Positions 37,982 through 40,404 of a DNA stretch of 40,404 nt are shown in pieces; position 1 is the stretch's first letter, and each line of letters begins with the position of its first letter. The position numbers and the translations under genes were made by a program. Source of the DNA: Trichosphaerium sp. ATCC 40318 (lineage: Eukaryota > Protista > Tubulinea); assembly GCA_038496445.1 (NCBI GenBank), contig JALMLS010000198.1:1-40404 (forward strand), written 5' to 3'. The notes below the pieces were generated by a model that saw nothing but the letters and a program-made list of their open reading frames with translations, was not told the origin of the DNA and did no database searches.

Positions 37982-39881
37982 TTATACTTGACGCATTGAT
38001 AGTTGCACTGAAAGACCTTTGCATCTTACTGCAGGCTTTGAAACAAACTTTACGTCTTCTAGAATGCATCCAGGTGCAGGTGATATACGGAAGTGATAAC
38101 ACATCACTGCAGATAGTATTGCTAACTCTATAATAGCCAAATGCTGCCCTGGACAAATACGGGGAACACCGCCAAACCCAAAGTACGGAGTGACTCCTAA
38201 CAAGGTTAGATTTCTGTTTCTGTCTTTTTTGAAAAAAACGAAATGCAACGAGGTTGTTATCTTACCTGGGCTATTGTATCTATCTGGGTTGAAAATCTTA
38301 GCATCTACATAGTTAGTTTCATCTTGGTAACCAGATTGAGTATTAAGAATTACATTAGCGCCTGCAGGAATCTCAAACGCTACAGAAAAACCCACGTGTT
38401 AAAAAATATAAGGTAAGAAAAAAAAGAGAATTTTTGGCGAAAGTTTATAAGTCGTACTCCCATGTTTTGATTGTAATTTATATGGTTTTATCGGTTTTCT
38501 GAATAATAAGAGTATAGGTCCGTATAGACGAAGTACTTCTTTCACAAAGTTCAGGAGCTTTGTGTTATTCATAAAATCAGCGAAATCGGGATTTTCTTTC
38601 TTCATCATTGGTTCAACCTCGTTGTAGATGATGTCCTGAAACTCAGGATATTTGCACAAAACATACATCACAGAAACCATCACAGAAGCAGTTGTTTCAA
38701 CTCCTGCAAGATAGATACCAAGAATATTAGACAAAATGCTTTCAGAAGTCCATATTTCTCCATCTTTTTCAACAAGCATTTCCTAAAAAAATTTAATTTG
38801 TTAGCTTCTGGTGTTGTATTTCGAGTAGTACCTCTACTATATTTTGAGGTTTGTATCCAGGAATCTTTAGGTTATTTTCTGCTTTCTCCATGACTTGCTT
38901 AATGAAAGGAATGACAACATTGTCCATTGAATGCATAAAGGCTTTTTCCTCCTTGTTTTCAAGTTGTCAGAGACTGTTCCAAAAAGCCGTTTAATATTGG
39001 TACCTTTGGCACCAATAAAGGTATTTTCCAATAATCAAAAGCAAACGAGTCTCTTCTTACAAGAACAACCAATAATGCTCCAAAAGCATCAAGCAACTGA
39101 CGCTCTTTCTGTTCATCTTTTTTTTTGAGATTTTCAAAATAATAAATACTATGAAAAGAGCTTACCTTCAAACTTGTCTATCTTAAAAAGTAATTGAGAT
39201 ATAACGCCAAGAGTCATTCTTGATGTAAACTTATAAGGATCAACTATACATTCACCGCTCTTTGCAAAGCTCTCAAGTTCATATGTCTGTGATGCAAGCA
39301 CATGCAAAATCCCATCAAACTTGGATCTCAAGTATTTATTCGTAAAACCAGGGGCTACCAACTTTTCATCACCTTCCAGTTATGACCCTTTTGAAGTCCC
39401 AAAGAAAGATCAAGCTTAAGTGACTAGTATCGATTCAGATCAAAAGCACGTGCGTGGTAAAAATCAAAAAACCAAAAAAAAAAAAAAGATACTTTCAAGC
39501 CGAACCTCCACTGCTCTTGGGTTTGACACTATGTCTGATATAAAGATGTTTTTATGCTTCAGTACAGTCCTCATATCTTCAAAATCAGAAATGAACACCA
39601 TTTTCTTTCCAAACACGCTAACTTGATAAACATCTCCATATTTTTGCCGCCACTAACATAGAATGTCAAAAAAAAAATATCACGTGGGTTTTGATTGAAA
39701 ATTGTTTTTTTAAACGTGCCTCTTCGAATAAATCAAGTCGGTTTTCAGGTGATTTTATTACATCTAATAAGCTACCAATAAGAGGATATCCTTTTGGTCC
39801 TGGAATATCTGTTTTACGTTGAAACAGCCAATACATGAATACAATAGCGCATACAGAGAAAATTATGGCCGTGTACAACAT
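37982..39881 (-). pseudogene. Duplicate cytochrome P450 with a 1-bp deletion at ~39365
   Basis: ATGAAAAGTTGGTAG versus ATGAGAAAGTTGGTAG causes a frameshift and premature stop in exon 3. Otherwise near-identical. Confidence 0.85.
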
Positions 39882-40357
39882 TCTACGTGCGATTATTAAC
39901 TAACCGTGAACAAAGAAATACATGTGAAAGCTAGCTTATCTGTTGTGAATCGAAAACCTGTTGTGACAGGTTTTACATCACTCAGGTACCGCGTTTGCTA
40001 ATGCATGTAGCTTAGTCGTTTAAAACACGACAAAGTTTCTTAGGCTAGAACAACATTTCGAGATTTTGAATGCTTTTTTTTTTTCAATTACTTTTTACAA
40101 TGCCCATGTACGCATACTTCGCTGTTCTTAATTAGTAGGACGCTACAGTGCTATTAATTTACATGAATCACAGTTCTTTCTCAGGTAATTGAAAGGGAAA
40201 TCGATAGCATAAGTAAGAAAATAACTTTTCGGAAATGTTCCTTCCGTGTTTATTTATTTATTATTCTCTATTTGACAGGCAACTATATTCATCAAAAAAG
40301 AAAGACAAACTAATTCCTATGTTTTTTTATTGTGATATCACAAAGCTTGTCAAGAAG

Positions 40358-40404
40358 TCAGTCCGTACGTGTTCTTTGTAGGTTAACATTTTAGTTAAGA
40401 TATC
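40358..40404 (-). CDS. Extreme 3' end of a duplicate of the 18797-19651 F-box/LRR gene
   Basis: Reverse complement matches 19604-19651. Confidence 0.75.

Larger units (their letters stand above)
35043..40404 (-). repeat. Right arm of the inverted segmental duplication (runs off the window end)
   Basis: Reverse complement of 19604-25320 with scattered substitutions and indels. Confidence 0.95.

Overview
AT-rich eukaryotic genomic DNA with many short (about 40-60 nt) spliceosomal introns, most likely from a protist; an amoeboid lineage is my inference, not something the sequence proves. The left half holds SURF2, a secreted Cys-rich protein and intronless F-box/LRR genes plus remnants. It also holds an ankyrin-repeat + PARP-domain gene whose ankyrin repeats each sit in their own tandemly duplicated exon+intron unit, two related non-autonomous poly(A) retroelements (one non-coding, one ORF1-only) and TIR elements with 2-bp TSDs. 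The right half is a ~5.5-kb inverted segmental duplication (CYP450, F-box/LRR, F-box/MORN) around a ~9.7-kb spacer. The spacer contains an ankyrin gene, a fumarate reductase-cytochrome b5 gene, an acyl-CoA oxidase and a third TIR element. The main finding is that the acyl-CoA oxidase has no usable start codon of its own and begins at a splice acceptor that is in frame with a GC donor just before the fumarate reductase-b5 stop. This predicts a single FRD-cytb5-ACOX fusion ending in -SNL, plus a shorter FRD-b5 isoform ending in -AKL, both peroxisomal. It is a candidate O2-independent, fumarate-coupled peroxisomal beta-oxidation enzyme.
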